Positions 9,235 to 18,724 of a stretch of 64,000 nucleotides of DNA are shown here, piece by piece. The notes under the pieces were generated by a model. It worked only from the letters and a program-made list of their open reading frames with translations, searched no databases and was not told where the DNA came from. The stretch is from a virus. Lineage: Duplodnaviria > Caudoviricetes. How positions within the stretch are numbered: the first letter of the stretch is position 1; every line of letters begins with the position of its first letter. Where the stretch lies: positions 192,001-256,000 of IMG/VR virus record IMGVR_UViG_3300011678_000001; one strand, 5' to 3'. The position numbers and the translations under genes are program-made.

Positions 9235-10786
9235 GGTTGTGACTCCCGATAATGTTGTTGACACGAATGATCATGTCGGCAAGTTGGCGCTTGATGTCCC
9301 CTGAGATGTACATGTGACCTGTTTGGGCCAGCAGGGGGATCTTCTCGATGATGTCGCGCGGGGCGTGTGGTTTCCAAGCACGTCCATTCATCATGTCGAC
9401 CACTTGGTCGATGGCGATGACGGCGACGTTGCTGCGCTTGCCTGGGTCTTGACGCTTGGTTTCCTGTCGGTAGTGTGGATACTGCCGATCCAGGATCTCC
9501 GCCTGTTGTTTGGTGATTTTGTTGCGCGTCTCGCTCGGCATGAAAGCTTCCCCATCTTCATGGAAGAACTCTTCAGCTGAAACAAGGATCGCCAACTCAT
9601 GGTACCCCCAGTGATCCAGAATGGCTTGCGCCACGCCCATCAGACGGAAGTGGGTCAGCTTAAGCAGCAGGTCCCGTGCTTCCGGTGAAATGGTGCGGAT
9701 CACCCAGAACACCAGTGCCTTTTGGAATGGTTCCACCGGCCTGGCTTCTGCTCTTGAGCACACCGAGATGCATTGCTGCACGCGGCCCAAGTCCAACTCC
9801 GGAGCAATCCGGTTGACAATGATCTCAGGCTTCTCTGTGAAGACCTCAATCATCTGCCGGTCACCCTCGGTGATTTCCTGCGTCTGGCTGTAGTCGTCCA
9901 CGACCGATGAGTTGTCTTCATCGTTCTTATCCATCGCCCGATGACGCTTGGGCTGCACGATACCTGTGACACTCTGGAACCTGCCGTCCATCCGCAGATG
10001 GGTGCCGGTCACGTAGTTGAACAGGATACGGGCCAGGCTGTCACGTTCCACCGAGGTGGACAGTGGGCCAATGGAGATCTTACGCACCAAGGCCATGGCC
10101 ATCAGGTGACGCGGGACTTCTTCAGACGACAACCCTGCCATGACCATGGTCATGGAGATTTCCTTGTCGACGCTGGCCTCGATGTATTCGACCATGCGAA
10201 TAAAAGGCGGCCACTTGTCCAACCCAGCCAACTCGATCAGCTTGACTGCTTCGGACTCCTTGTATCCGTTGCCATTGATGCTGGACACGTTCTGGATGTA
10301 CATGCCCCAGATCGGGACCATGAACCGCAGACCCAGTGCCAATGCCACCATGTCCAAGTAATCGGACTTGATGTAGGTCCGGCTCCGGTAGTTGCGGCCA
10401 CGCTCGTTGAATTCCACGAACTTGTCGCTAACGTCCGACGGAATGGTCAGCTGTGCTTTGTCCACATAGCTGCGCAGTTCGTCGTAGGTCACCAAGGCAT
10501 AGAGGGCTTTGACGACTGATTCGATCCGTTCCCGTACCAAGAAGGACGAGCGAATTTCTTCAGACGACAGGTACTCATTAACTTTGCTGTACAGCGCCCA
10601 GAGGTGATCTTGCTTTTCCTCAGGCAGGGTGGCGATAAACTCGTTGGTCTCCTTGAACAGTATTTCGCGGTTAAGAATGGCGGCCGAGTGATAGCTGCCA
10701 GCCGACAACACCATTTCCTGACCTTTATGATCAAGGCGTAGGGTGTTGATCCCCTTCGGGGACAGCTCTTGGACGTGTATCCGCAT
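9221..10786 (-). CDS. nvRNAP sigma-like promoter specificity subunit (phiKZ gp68-like)
   Basis: 521 aa from MRIHVQ (GAGG RBS); helical; syntenic between chmC and picA. Confidence 0.7.
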   Translation of the reverse strand: MRIHVQELSPKGINTLRLDHKGQEMVLSAGSYHSAAILNREILFKETNEFIATLPEEKQDHLWALYSKVNEYLSSEEIRSSFLVRERIESVVKALYALVTYDELRSYVDKAQLTIPSDVSDKFVEFNERGRNYRSRTYIKSDYLDMVALALGLRFMVPIWGMYIQNVSSINGNGYKESEAVKLIELAGLDKWPPFIRMVEYIEASVDKEISMTMVMAGLSSEEVPRHLMAMALVRKISIGPLSTSVERDSLARILFNYVTGTHLRMDGRFQSVTGIVQPKRHRAMDKNDEDNSSVVDDYSQTQEITEGDRQMIEVFTEKPEIIVNRIAPELDLGRVQQCISVCSRAEARPVEPFQKALVFWVIRTISPEARDLLLKLTHFRLMGVAQAILDHWGYHELAILVSAEEFFHEDGEAFMPSETRNKITKQQAEILDRQYPHYRQETKRQDPGKRSNVAVIAIDQVVDMMNGRAWKPHAPRDIIEKIPLLAQTGHMYISGDIKRQLADMIIRVNNIIGSHNHAVS

Positions 10787-10823
10787 TGTGTTGACAACCT
10801 CAGTAGTTACTGGATGCAACTTA

Positions 10824-10850
10824 ATAATGTAGGGCTGAAGAATCGTTCAA
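10824..10850 (-). promoter_or_regulatory. putative early promoter
   Basis: ttaataatgta..gctgaagaa shared with the 5991-6020 element. Confidence 0.6.
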
Positions 10851-10880
10851 TAAAACGATTTTCCCTGGCTAAGGGTATAG

Positions 10881-10911
10881 TCGACACTGGGCCTTTCGGA
10901 CCCAGTGTCGA
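10881..10911 (-). terminator. terminator hairpin
   Basis: TCGACACTGGG...CCCAGTGTCGA stem after the HNH stop. Confidence 0.7.
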
Positions 10912-10925
10912 GGTACTTATGCTGC

Positions 10926-11369
10926 TTATGCAAGTACGGTGGTGAAGATGAATTCACTATCTTCCAGCTGCTTTGTTTTGCCTTTGATGTATGGACTATT
11001 TTCACCCGTCCGGCTTCGACAATAGTCAAGATAACCTGGGTAATTATGGTTTTCCTTATTAGAACCCCATCTCAGATTCTCGTAATGGTTATTACGTGAG
11101 TCCTCATCCTCATGCATCGCTTGCTGGTTCGGACTAGGCAATCCATTAAACGCTTCGCACACCAAACGAGCCACCTTCAGCGTTTTCTTCCCACGGCGCG
11201 GATAGATATATCTATCGCCATCCCATTGACCGATGGTCGGGACACCACCATAATGACGAGTCCCTCCATGGGGCATCGGGGACTCGTATGGAATGGTCAT
11301 TATTCGGCCATGCGAAGAAACCATGAGATCTGGGTTAGACGGCGAGCGTCGCCAGACCTCATCCATCAT
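10926..11369 (-). CDS. free-standing NUMOD4-HNH homing endonuclease
   Basis: EVWR...MVSSHGRI (NUMOD4) plus VARLVCEAF...MHEDEDSRNNHYENLRW (HNH); ATGA overlap with the chmC stop. Confidence 0.88.
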   Translation of the reverse strand: MMDEVWRRSPSNPDLMVSSHGRIMTIPYESPMPHGGTRHYGGVPTIGQWDGDRYIYPRRGKKTLKVARLVCEAFNGLPSPNQQAMHEDEDSRNNHYENLRWGSNKENHNYPGYLDYCRSRTGENSPYIKGKTKQLEDSEFIFTTVLA

Positions 11370-12145
11370 AAAGGCACGTCGTCGTCGAAGTTGAAATCGC
11401 TGCCGCCGGACGGAGCTGCTGAAGAAGTCTGGCCACCGTTTCCACGGTTGTTATTCCAGTTACCGCCGCCTTGCTGGCCGCCATTACCGCCGCCGTAGCC
11501 ACCGCCACCGCCGCCCTGACGGTTACCACCGCCATTCCAACCACCACCGCCACCACCCTGACCGCCTTGACGGTTACGATCCATCCAAGCCGGACGCACG
11601 TAGTTGTCAGCGAGGACTTCAGTGACGTACGAACGCACTGTGTCGACCCAGCCCAAGCAGTACAGACGCGAAGCCACAGAGACCGACATCGGGCCGTTGG
11701 CATCACGGAAGTTGTGGTAGGTCTCGTCCAGGAACGGGAACTCGATCAACGGACGGTTCTTACCGGCGCTGATGCAGATGGAGATGACGCCTTCGGCATT
11801 CTTCTCGATCTTGATGGTGCTCATGATCGACGGGTTCGGATCACGCTTCTTCTCGACGAAGCGGTGGCCCTTGTTGTCCATCATGATGCTGGTCGGCTCT
11901 TTGTGGTTAGCCACAGCCTCGACCGCCCGCAGAAACGCGAAGAACGCACGGTTGTTGAACGCCGCTTCGATCTTACCGTTGTTACGGTCGTTCGGCACTT
12001 TGGTCTTGACGACCAAGCGCGGGTTGTTCTCGTAGTAAGCCGGCCGGAGGGTAGGTTCGCCTTCCATGCCGTCCTGGCGCTTGGCTTTCAATGCCAGCGA
12101 GGGTTCGTCCAGAATCGTGTCGGGACGCTGGGTTGTTTCGCTCAT
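11366..12145 (-). CDS. chmC: nucleus-associated nucleic-acid-binding protein ChmC (phiKZ gp67-like)
   Basis: Folded N-terminal domain plus G/N/Q-rich disordered tail and acidic end DFNFDDDVPL; upstream of the gp68-like gene. Confidence 0.65.
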   Translation of the reverse strand: MSETTQRPDTILDEPSLALKAKRQDGMEGEPTLRPAYYENNPRLVVKTKVPNDRNNGKIEAAFNNRAFFAFLRAVEAVANHKEPTSIMMDNKGHRFVEKKRDPNPSIMSTIKIEKNAEGVISICISAGKNRPLIEFPFLDETYHNFRDANGPMSVSVASRLYCLGWVDTVRSYVTEVLADNYVRPAWMDRNRQGGQGGGGGGWNGGGNRQGGGGGGYGGGNGGQQGGGNWNNNRGNGGQTSSAAPSGGSDFNFDDDVPL

Positions 12146-12221
12146 TTTTGGTCTCTCCAAATACGCGGCTTTTACTCAAATAGATACAGGCCACAGTTTA
12201 TTTTTTACCCACCAAACCGCT

Positions 12222-13091
12222 CTAAGCCTTTGAATAGAGGTTAATCACCAGCTTTTCCAGTTCCGGCTCGTAAGCCTTCTTGACCGAACTGATGATGTAG
12301 TCTTTCGTGGTCAAAGCGTTCCAGCGGTTCTTCTGAGCAATGTCGAGCATCACCCGGCGATACTTGATTGGGAAGGCAGTAAACAAGTTACTGTTATCCC
12401 CAAAGAACTGGATGGTCATACGGTCGAACGGGATGTTACTCAGTTCTTTACCGTTTGAGAGCTTTGTGTGCCACAAGGCTGGGGGTTTAGCCGCACCCGT
12501 ATGCGACTCCAGCAATGTCAGCGAATTGAACTTATAGCGTTGCAGCAAGTCAATGGCGTAACTGCTCATCATCAGAACGCGCCGGTTGTCAGACGCAAGG
12601 TCAATGTCTGTCTCCAGAATCTTGACCGTGGGTGTACGCTCCAGCACGCTCAGTAGCTCGACGATGGTGTTCTCTTCCCGTAGGGCTGCCAGCTTCTGTT
12701 TCTCGGTGCTAGCGGCCTTGAGGATGGCGTAAGGGAACTTCTTTGGCACGCCCCGATAGTTGCAAAGGTATATCTGGGTATTTACCCGACCCGCACTGAA
12801 CCGGTGGACCGCACCTTCAATGATCGTCATCTCATTAATGAGGGCGTAGGCCAAGTCCTCTGGGAAGACATTGTTCATCGCCTCGGCATCAATAGCGCCG
12901 ACCAGGTTACGGATCAGGGTTCTCAGGTTGACGTATAGGACGTCGACTTGGTTGATGATCGGGTTGTTGTTGGGGTTGTCCTCAAGGATGCCGAACGCAC
13001 CCTCAAGGGCCAGACTGCTGCCTATTGAGACGGGTATCTGACCCACCTCCCGGCTGGAGATGGCATCCATAGCCCGCGCGTCTATCGCCAT
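12222..13091 (-). CDS. conserved core protein (phiKZ gp66 position)
   Basis: 289-aa ORF with GGAG RBS; synteny. Confidence 0.65.
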   Translation of the reverse strand: MAIDARAMDAISSREVGQIPVSIGSSLALEGAFGILEDNPNNNPIINQVDVLYVNLRTLIRNLVGAIDAEAMNNVFPEDLAYALINEMTIIEGAVHRFSAGRVNTQIYLCNYRGVPKKFPYAILKAASTEKQKLAALREENTIVELLSVLERTPTVKILETDIDLASDNRRVLMMSSYAIDLLQRYKFNSLTLLESHTGAAKPPALWHTKLSNGKELSNIPFDRMTIQFFGDNSNLFTAFPIKYRRVMLDIAQKNRWNALTTKDYIISSVKKAYEPELEKLVINLYSKA

Positions 13092-13100
13092 GCTGTCTCC

Positions 13101-14291
13101 TTAATTCTCTTTGTACTTCTCCAGCACATTCATGACCATCTGCGCCTCGTGGCTCTGATCATCCGCGAAATGCCGCTTGAGCCGATCAGAAACCAAGTGC
13201 CCGATGTTGGTCGGGGTGATGCTGATGGGTTTGACCTTAGGCATCTCCACGTGCGCCAGATCGACTTTCTCCTGAAGCTTGAGGTCATCCATCTGGGTGG
13301 TGATGCGAAACTGCGGGAACCGCTTACGCAAGTCCTTCAGTCCGTGTTGAACCGCTGTCCCCCGTTTGATCATCAAGCGGAAGCATGAATCGTTCGGTTC
13401 GTTCTCATAGGTCTCGAGGATTTCAAACACCTGGTCAGTGTCCATCTCCCGGCAGTCAAGCGTCTTGTAGAGCCGCGCACCGGGGTTTTCCACGAACCAA
13501 TGGTAGTTGCCTGCTTTGGAGATGCACGCCCTGTAGTGGCCCTTAGCGGCCTCCTCACCGTGACTCAGGCGGTCGAAGGAACCCTGCGCCAGAATCTTAC
13601 CGCCGCGCTCTGTACGGATGTGTACATGACCAATGCCGATGTAGTGGCGGACGATCGACATGTAGAATTCACTGTCGTGGTTCTTGGCCGACTCGATGGG
13701 CAACTGGTAATCAAAGGAGCCGTGCATGCAGCCGATGTCAACCTTGTCCATGCCATGGATGGTCAGCAGCTCCATCACCTGTTGTTGGGTGACGCTGGCA
13801 TCCGCGTTCCATTCATCCGGCACGTACAACACACTGAGCCCGCCCAACTCCTCAATCACCTCAATACTCAAGGTATCGACGTACTTCAGGTTGGCTGGGG
13901 TGCCCAGTGTGTTATTGACGTTGACAAACTGCTTGGACTGGCGCCAGTCATGACTGGGAGTCCCTTCCAACACGCGAACAATGATGTTGCGCTTGGCGCA
14001 GATTCTCAACACCTCGGCGATCCATTCTTGGATCGCATCCACTTCATCTTGCGGCAGGCTCATCAACCGATCAAAGACGTCGCCTGCAAAGAAGAGCACG
14101 TCAAGCTTACCGGTCTCCTCTGTGTCCGGGAACGCCTTTCTCAGGTTACCGATGATGTGGTAGGTGTTGGTCCGAGGGTGGGCCAGGTGAATGTCCGAAA
14201 TAAAAGCAACGAACAGGTCACGCGGCTTAAAGGGGTTCGAAGTCGTCTTCGTCGAAGTCATCAATGGGTTTCCGAGCAGAGGTAGATGCAC
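13101..14291 (-). CDS. sbcD: SbcD/Mre11-like metallophosphoesterase nuclease (start possibly 14261)
   Basis: Motifs ISDIH, AGDVFD, LEGTPSHD, MHG and GHVH. Confidence 0.88.
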   Translation of the reverse strand: MHLPLLGNPLMTSTKTTSNPFKPRDLFVAFISDIHLAHPRTNTYHIIGNLRKAFPDTEETGKLDVLFFAGDVFDRLMSLPQDEVDAIQEWIAEVLRICAKRNIIVRVLEGTPSHDWRQSKQFVNVNNTLGTPANLKYVDTLSIEVIEELGGLSVLYVPDEWNADASVTQQQVMELLTIHGMDKVDIGCMHGSFDYQLPIESAKNHDSEFYMSIVRHYIGIGHVHIRTERGGKILAQGSFDRLSHGEEAAKGHYRACISKAGNYHWFVENPGARLYKTLDCREMDTDQVFEILETYENEPNDSCFRLMIKRGTAVQHGLKDLRKRFPQFRITTQMDDLKLQEKVDLAHVEMPKVKPISITPTNIGHLVSDRLKRHFADDQSHEAQMVMNVLEKYKEN

Positions 14292-14823
14292 CCCCTGCTA
14301 CAGGTGTGCCACCGAGTTCTTTTTCAACCAGCGGCGCATCGGCACCGAACATCAGTTCGAGTGGGATATTGTACCGCTTGTAAATCATGGCCCACATTTT
14401 AGCGTAGACCGTGGAAATGGCATCCGCAGGCGTGTGGTTCAACGCCACCAAGCGCTGGACGTAGTTGTCGATCACAGCGCCGGGGTGGGCCGTGGTGATC
14501 TCGGATTCAAACTGCGCAGCCAACTCAGACACGTCCGTCTCAGGCGAGGCCTGGAGTGTGCGGATGGCCATGGGCGTTGGGGCAATCAGCGGCGGGACCA
14601 CAAAGAGCACTTTGCTGGGATCGTTGTTGTCTACCACATCAATCATGCGGTTGGCATGTCCGGCCACAGCCAGGAAGATGTCCACCGGCTTGTGAGGGGC
14701 GCCTTCCGGTGACGGAATCAGGTGAGGCAGGAGTCGACGGGTGAAGTCCACTTCGCGCAATTTGGCGTTGGATTCACTACTCATCGCCTCCAGATTGGCG
14801 AAGTCTTGATCAGTCAATTGCAT
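14227..14823 (-). CDS. conserved hypothetical protein
   Basis: 198-aa ORF with GGAG RBS and acidic tail. Confidence 0.7.
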   Translation of the reverse strand: MQLTDQDFANLEAMSSESNAKLREVDFTRRLLPHLIPSPEGAPHKPVDIFLAVAGHANRMIDVVDNNDPSKVLFVVPPLIAPTPMAIRTLQASPETDVSELAAQFESEITTAHPGAVIDNYVQRLVALNHTPADAISTVYAKMWAMIYKRYNIPLELMFGADAPLVEKELGGTPVAGGASTSARKPIDDFDEDDFEPL

Positions 14824-14876
14824 GGCGATTCTCCATAAAGAGGGCGGTTGGACCGCCCTCTATGCCGAGTGGCTGC

Positions 14877-15650
14877 TTATTCAGCAGCAGGTTCTACGCC
14901 CGACTCGTCATTCGCGCCAGTGGCAGCGGTGACTTCCATGGCCTTCTTGGAGGTTTCCTGACGGAACTCTTCCAGGGCGACGCTGTCGATCACGTAGTAA
15001 GGACGATCGTTGACGCCGCCGTAGGAGACGACCAGGTCGCCCATGACGTGTTGGATCTTCGCATCACGCATGCCTTCGGAGAGCGCTTCACCGGAGACCC
15101 ACTGCTGGGTTGCCTTGTCCTGCTCTTCGACGATTACGCCGTTGTCGGTGACCGTGACACGAACGGAACCCGGTACGTAGCCTTCGACCACTACCAGCTC
15201 AGGCGCACGCTGCTTGGACGTCTTGGCCTTGTGGGCAATGGCGTTGGCACCGGCGATGAACATGCGCTGGGCAATGGAGTCGACCATGACCGGATCGTTG
15301 AACAGACGCTGCATGTGATCGGCAGTCAGCTCGACGAGGGTACGGTTGACGGCCATCAGGGCGTCGTTGGTGGCCACGAGGGTTTCTTCCAGCTGAGTCA
15401 CGCGCGCCTGCAGGGCTTCGATGCGCTCTTCTTGAGAAGCTTCACGCTCTTCTTCAGAGACTTCCTGCTCGACCGGGCTGATCTCCAGGATTTCTTCACG
15501 GAAGATCGCCATGTTGCGGGTCACTTCGATCTTGTCGCCCACTTGCAGTTCGCTGACCGTGACGGTCTGGCCGTCTTCACGAACGACTTCAGCGTCAGAG
15601 GCCAGGATGACTTCGCCCTGGTTGGTGGTCAGCTTAACGGTGTTGGACAT
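14877..15650 (-). CDS. acidic coiled-coil hypothetical protein with Hint/DUF5666-like N-terminal beta module
   Basis: 257 aa, AGGAG RBS, strongly biased codons. Confidence 0.7.
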   Translation of the reverse strand: MSNTVKLTTNQGEVILASDAEVVREDGQTVTVSELQVGDKIEVTRNMAIFREEILEISPVEQEVSEEEREASQEERIEALQARVTQLEETLVATNDALMAVNRTLVELTADHMQRLFNDPVMVDSIAQRMFIAGANAIAHKAKTSKQRAPELVVVEGYVPGSVRVTVTDNGVIVEEQDKATQQWVSGEALSEGMRDAKIQHVMGDLVVSYGGVNDRPYYVIDSVALEEFRQETSKKAMEVTAATGANDESGVEPAAE

Positions 15651-15659
15651 GATTGCTCC

Positions 15660-16082
15660 TTAGTTGTTGAGGCCGCGTGTAATGAATGGTCGGCCGTCGT
15701 TTTGCAGATCAATGATACTGCGAATCTTTGAGTTGGATGAACTGACGACGTGCTTGAGGTCGATTGACTTGTTCCCGTCTCGTAGGATAGCCGTGATTTG
15801 TAAATCAATACTGGTCTCAGTGGTTGTCGTGGATACGTCGAGCGTAACCTCGTCAAATTGCCGTGCCAGGTAGTCATTAAGGACCCGTCTGACCTCGTCT
15901 TCCAGGGTCATGCGGTTATTGCCATACTGACTGATGATGTTACTCAGGCTGGCAATGCTACCCCGGTAGATGTCTGACTGAGAGCGCTGGGCAATATAGA
16001 AGTTGGCCATGGCTTCGTCAGCTTTGATGGTCAGGTCTGATGCGAACCCGGCGGCGCCGAGGACAGGGATTACACGGGCCAT
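15660..16082 (-). CDS. putative T4 gp25-like baseplate/sheath initiator protein
   Basis: 140 aa; LEDEVRRVLNDYL helix followed by a three-strand pattern; GGAG RBS. Confidence 0.5.
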   Translation of the reverse strand: MARVIPVLGAAGFASDLTIKADEAMANFYIAQRSQSDIYRGSIASLSNIISQYGNNRMTLEDEVRRVLNDYLARQFDEVTLDVSTTTTETSIDLQITAILRDGNKSIDLKHVVSSSNSKIRSIIDLQNDGRPFITRGLNN

Positions 16083-16179
16083 AAACGTCTCCAGGACGAA
16101 AAAAGAAAAGGCTGTAGGGGAAGGTGATGCACATACCCATTAGGGCAGTGCATCACAGTCCTGTCACAGAGACCCGTTA

Positions 16180-16492
16180 TCAGGCCTTACGACGGATGGG
16201 GGTCCTTAAGGCATCCTGCATTGACCACCCATACCGTTTTACCCTATCGAATAGGGTGCTGTAGGGAATGTTATTAAGTCGTGCGATCTGAGCAATAGAC
16301 AGTTTCTCCCCTAAGACAACCACAACTCGTGGTACTGCCTCGTTTAAGGCAATATCCCCTTACCGTGGTTCTCTCTCCGCAGTCACAAACACATTCCCAT
16401 TGCCACTCGCCCTTAGCGTTACGCGTTGGGATTTGCACAGGAACATGTAGCTTACCAAACCGGAGGCCTGATAAGTCTTTTTGAAAGGACAT
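16180..16492 (-). pseudogene. internally deleted, frameshifted homing endonuclease
   Basis: N-terminus DLSGLRFGKL...WECVCDCG...SCGCL, then in a shifted frame GEKLSIAQIARLNNIPYSTLFDRVKRYGWSMQDALRTPIRRKA* (HEG-type HTH); no nuclease core. Confidence 0.75.
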
Positions 16493-16513
16493 ATTGGCCT
16501 CCAGCTGGTTTAC

Positions 16514-17137
16514 TTAAAGTGAATTATTGTCTTCTGAGGACGGATCATCAAGCCCTTCATCGAGGAAGGTGTTGAAGTTCGCCCACATGGAGTCGCGGAT
16601 TGTGGTCTGGTCGTGGAATGCCAGCTCCGTCCGGCCGTCTTCGTCGTAAAGATGGAGGTACTGCACGAAGTGTGCATTGCCTTCGTCGTCGAATTGGGCC
16701 AAGCCGTGCATGACTTGTTGGTAGTCCGGATCGTCGTCACCGAAGCGACCGGGATGGCGGTTAACATAGTTGTCACGCCAGCCGTGCATCATGTCCTTCT
16801 CGAACAGTCGCTTGGCACGCGGGTTCGCCATCAGCCACCGCTGCTGACGTGGACCTGCTTGCTGGAACTGCCCGATACGGGACATTGGCTGGATGTCATC
16901 CTTATCGAACAGGTGTGTTACCTTGCGCTTCAGGGCAGCGATCTTACGCTCAATCCGGTCGAAGTCGAACGAATTGAACCGTTCTATGGCCCGCTGGTAC
17001 AAGTCGGACCCCATCAGTCCGAAGGATCGGGCTGTGTTCTCCATTCGCTCCCTGATAGCCGCACGGTCCTCTGACCGAGGGAGTCCGTTATGCATCACTT
17101 CGAACTCTTGGTCATCAGCGTAAATAGCTATCGCCAT
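16514..17137 (-). CDS. conserved core protein (phiKZ gp59/Imp3 position)
   Basis: 207 aa with AGGAG RBS, directly after the gp55-56.1-like gene. Confidence 0.6.
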   Translation of the reverse strand: MAIAIYADDQEFEVMHNGLPRSEDRAAIRERMENTARSFGLMGSDLYQRAIERFNSFDFDRIERKIAALKRKVTHLFDKDDIQPMSRIGQFQQAGPRQQRWLMANPRAKRLFEKDMMHGWRDNYVNRHPGRFGDDDPDYQQVMHGLAQFDDEGNAHFVQYLHLYDEDGRTELAFHDQTTIRDSMWANFNTFLDEGLDDPSSEDNNSL

Positions 17138-17148
17138 TGTGTACTCCT

Positions 17149-17334
17149 TTATTGCGAAACTTGGTCACCCTCGATAATCCAGTTGGTCGACGTGGCAATA
17201 AACGGCGCCGGCAGGGTCGTGTTGCGCGACACTGTGAACGGCTTGTTGAGGTCCATCACGCCGGTGACCGGATCGAGTCGACTCATGACCTTAGCATTCT
17301 TGTGGTCGAGTGGTAATTCGCCCCAGAGTGCGTC
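17149..17334 (-). CDS. nvRNAP beta'-like N-terminal subunit, exon 2 (gp56.1-like)
   Basis: Translates DALWGELPLDHKNAKVMSRLDP...GDQVSQ*; the first D completes the catalytic NADFDGD. Confidence 0.9.
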   Translation of the reverse strand, partial: DALWGELPLDHKNAKVMSRLDPVTGVMDLNKPFTVSRNTTLPAPFIATSTNWIIEGDQVSQ

Positions 17335-18724
17335 CGTATAATTACACCATTAGCACATTGCCGACTAAAGACTGGACTCTTCAGACGGTAATTTAATCAA
17401 ATCCAAGTCGGCGTAGGCAAACCGAAATGAACCATATTCACTTACACTGCCTAGATCACCATCGCGCTTCAGCCGTACGGTGATGGCTTTCTTACTGAGT
17501 TCATTAACCGCTATGAACTCGCTCGCACTAGGGTAATGTGTGATTTCACCTCTTTTCACTCCGATCACTGCTACAGGCCGCCCAATACCCCATCGAGAGG
17601 CATTTAACAGTGTTTCGTAATCGTAGTGTCTGAACTCCCTGTCTGCGTATGCTACCTGATACCGTCCCCTGAAAAGGGACAACCTAGGAGTTCTGGCGAC
17701 GGCCGACAGATGGCCAGTGAGGACTCCGTGAGCAGTAGCTGCTGCTGTCATCGTTGGGTAGATTGTTATCTCCCCAGTATGGATGTCACGGAGTTTTGTG
17801 GGGCTTTCTGGAATCATCCCTAACCTGTCTCGTTTCGGGATGGTCGTCTTCCTGAGATGAGCCGGCACTGGGTCGTGAGAGCGCTGGTGTTTGAAACTGT
17901 AACCGTTACAGGCGTTACCAGTCACAATCGCCTGCCAAACGTCCTCAGCAGAGCAACCCGCTATATGCCCAGCTGTATCCAAAGATTCAGTGAGGATACT
18001 CTCGGCTTCGTTTGATTTCCAGACAAGTATCATTGGACGCGTTGGCGGCTTGCTCAATGCATGATGGATGTTGTTGAGTTTGACAGTAATCCATTCCAGA
18101 TTTGACTCGTCATTATTAGACTTATCGCTGTCCTTATGGTTGACTGTCAACTGCATGGGGTCTTCTGGTGGTTCTATGAACGCCAGGGCCACCAGGCGAT
18201 GAACTCCGAACGTCACCCATCCTGTTTCAGTAAGGACTGTGGCCGTCGAGTATCCATCGCCGTTTTTGTACTGCTTCCTGAGGTTTCCTGCGGGATCGTA
18301 TATCTCGCCTGTGTTAGACGCGAGAAACCCGCAGGTGTTTGGGATTTCCTTTAACATATCGATCCTCGTACTTCTGTGCTAATGATGTTCGTCGGGGTCG
18401 TTACGCCCGACCGATGTAAATGTCCAGTTTACACCGAACGCTATGGTTTCCCATAACGACTGACTATATCTTCACCTACCTAAATAAGTGCTCCCCGTTT
18501 CGATTTAAAGCTTGCGCTCCCCACTTGGGGCCTACTTCCTTACGGAATAGTCGATGAACCTTACTCGTATCTTGCCATCTCGACAATATGTAGAGTCTTG
18601 GCTGCTGATTGCCCAATCCGCTTGATTTTCAAACATTCACGCTCACCGTTTCCAGTCACGTTGTAGTTCAAGCGGCTCTCAGGGGTTTCCAGCAGTTAAA
18701 GGAGTTTAATGACAGCAAAGGTTT
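17335..18724 (-). mobile_element. group I self-splicing intron (1390 nt) with an HNH ORF
   Basis: 5' exon ends in U and intron ends in G; P1 GACGGU/GCUGUC; P AACUGCUGGAAA, Q AAUCAGCAG, R GUUCAUCGACUA, S AAGAUAUAGUC. Confidence 0.93.
17365..18357 (-). CDS. intron-encoded HNH homing endonuclease
   Basis: VHRLVALAF...VNHKDSDKSNNDESNLEW plus repeated NUMOD1-like C-terminal modules. Confidence 0.9.
   Translation of the reverse strand: MLKEIPNTCGFLASNTGEIYDPAGNLRKQYKNGDGYSTATVLTETGWVTFGVHRLVALAFIEPPEDPMQLTVNHKDSDKSNNDESNLEWITVKLNNIHHALSKPPTRPMILVWKSNEAESILTESLDTAGHIAGCSAEDVWQAIVTGNACNGYSFKHQRSHDPVPAHLRKTTIPKRDRLGMIPESPTKLRDIHTGEITIYPTMTAAATAHGVLTGHLSAVARTPRLSLFRGRYQVAYADREFRHYDYETLLNASRWGIGRPVAVIGVKRGEITHYPSASEFIAVNELSKKAITVRLKRDGDLGSVSEYGSFRFAYADLDLIKLPSEESSL

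Noticed and set aside
11400-11580. ccaccgccg-type low-complexity repeats
   Set aside because: They encode the Gly/Asn-rich tail of ChmC; not a separate DNA repeat or CRISPR array
16090-16270. Apparent structured ncRNA flanked by gctgtaggg direct repeats
   Set aside because: Explained by the frameshifted HEG HTH coding sequence, the displaced gene end and a terminator hairpin
18668-18724. C-terminal KPLLSLNSFNCWKPLRAA of the 445-aa ORF
   Set aside because: Read-through into intron sequence (P1 and P elements), not part of the mature subunit
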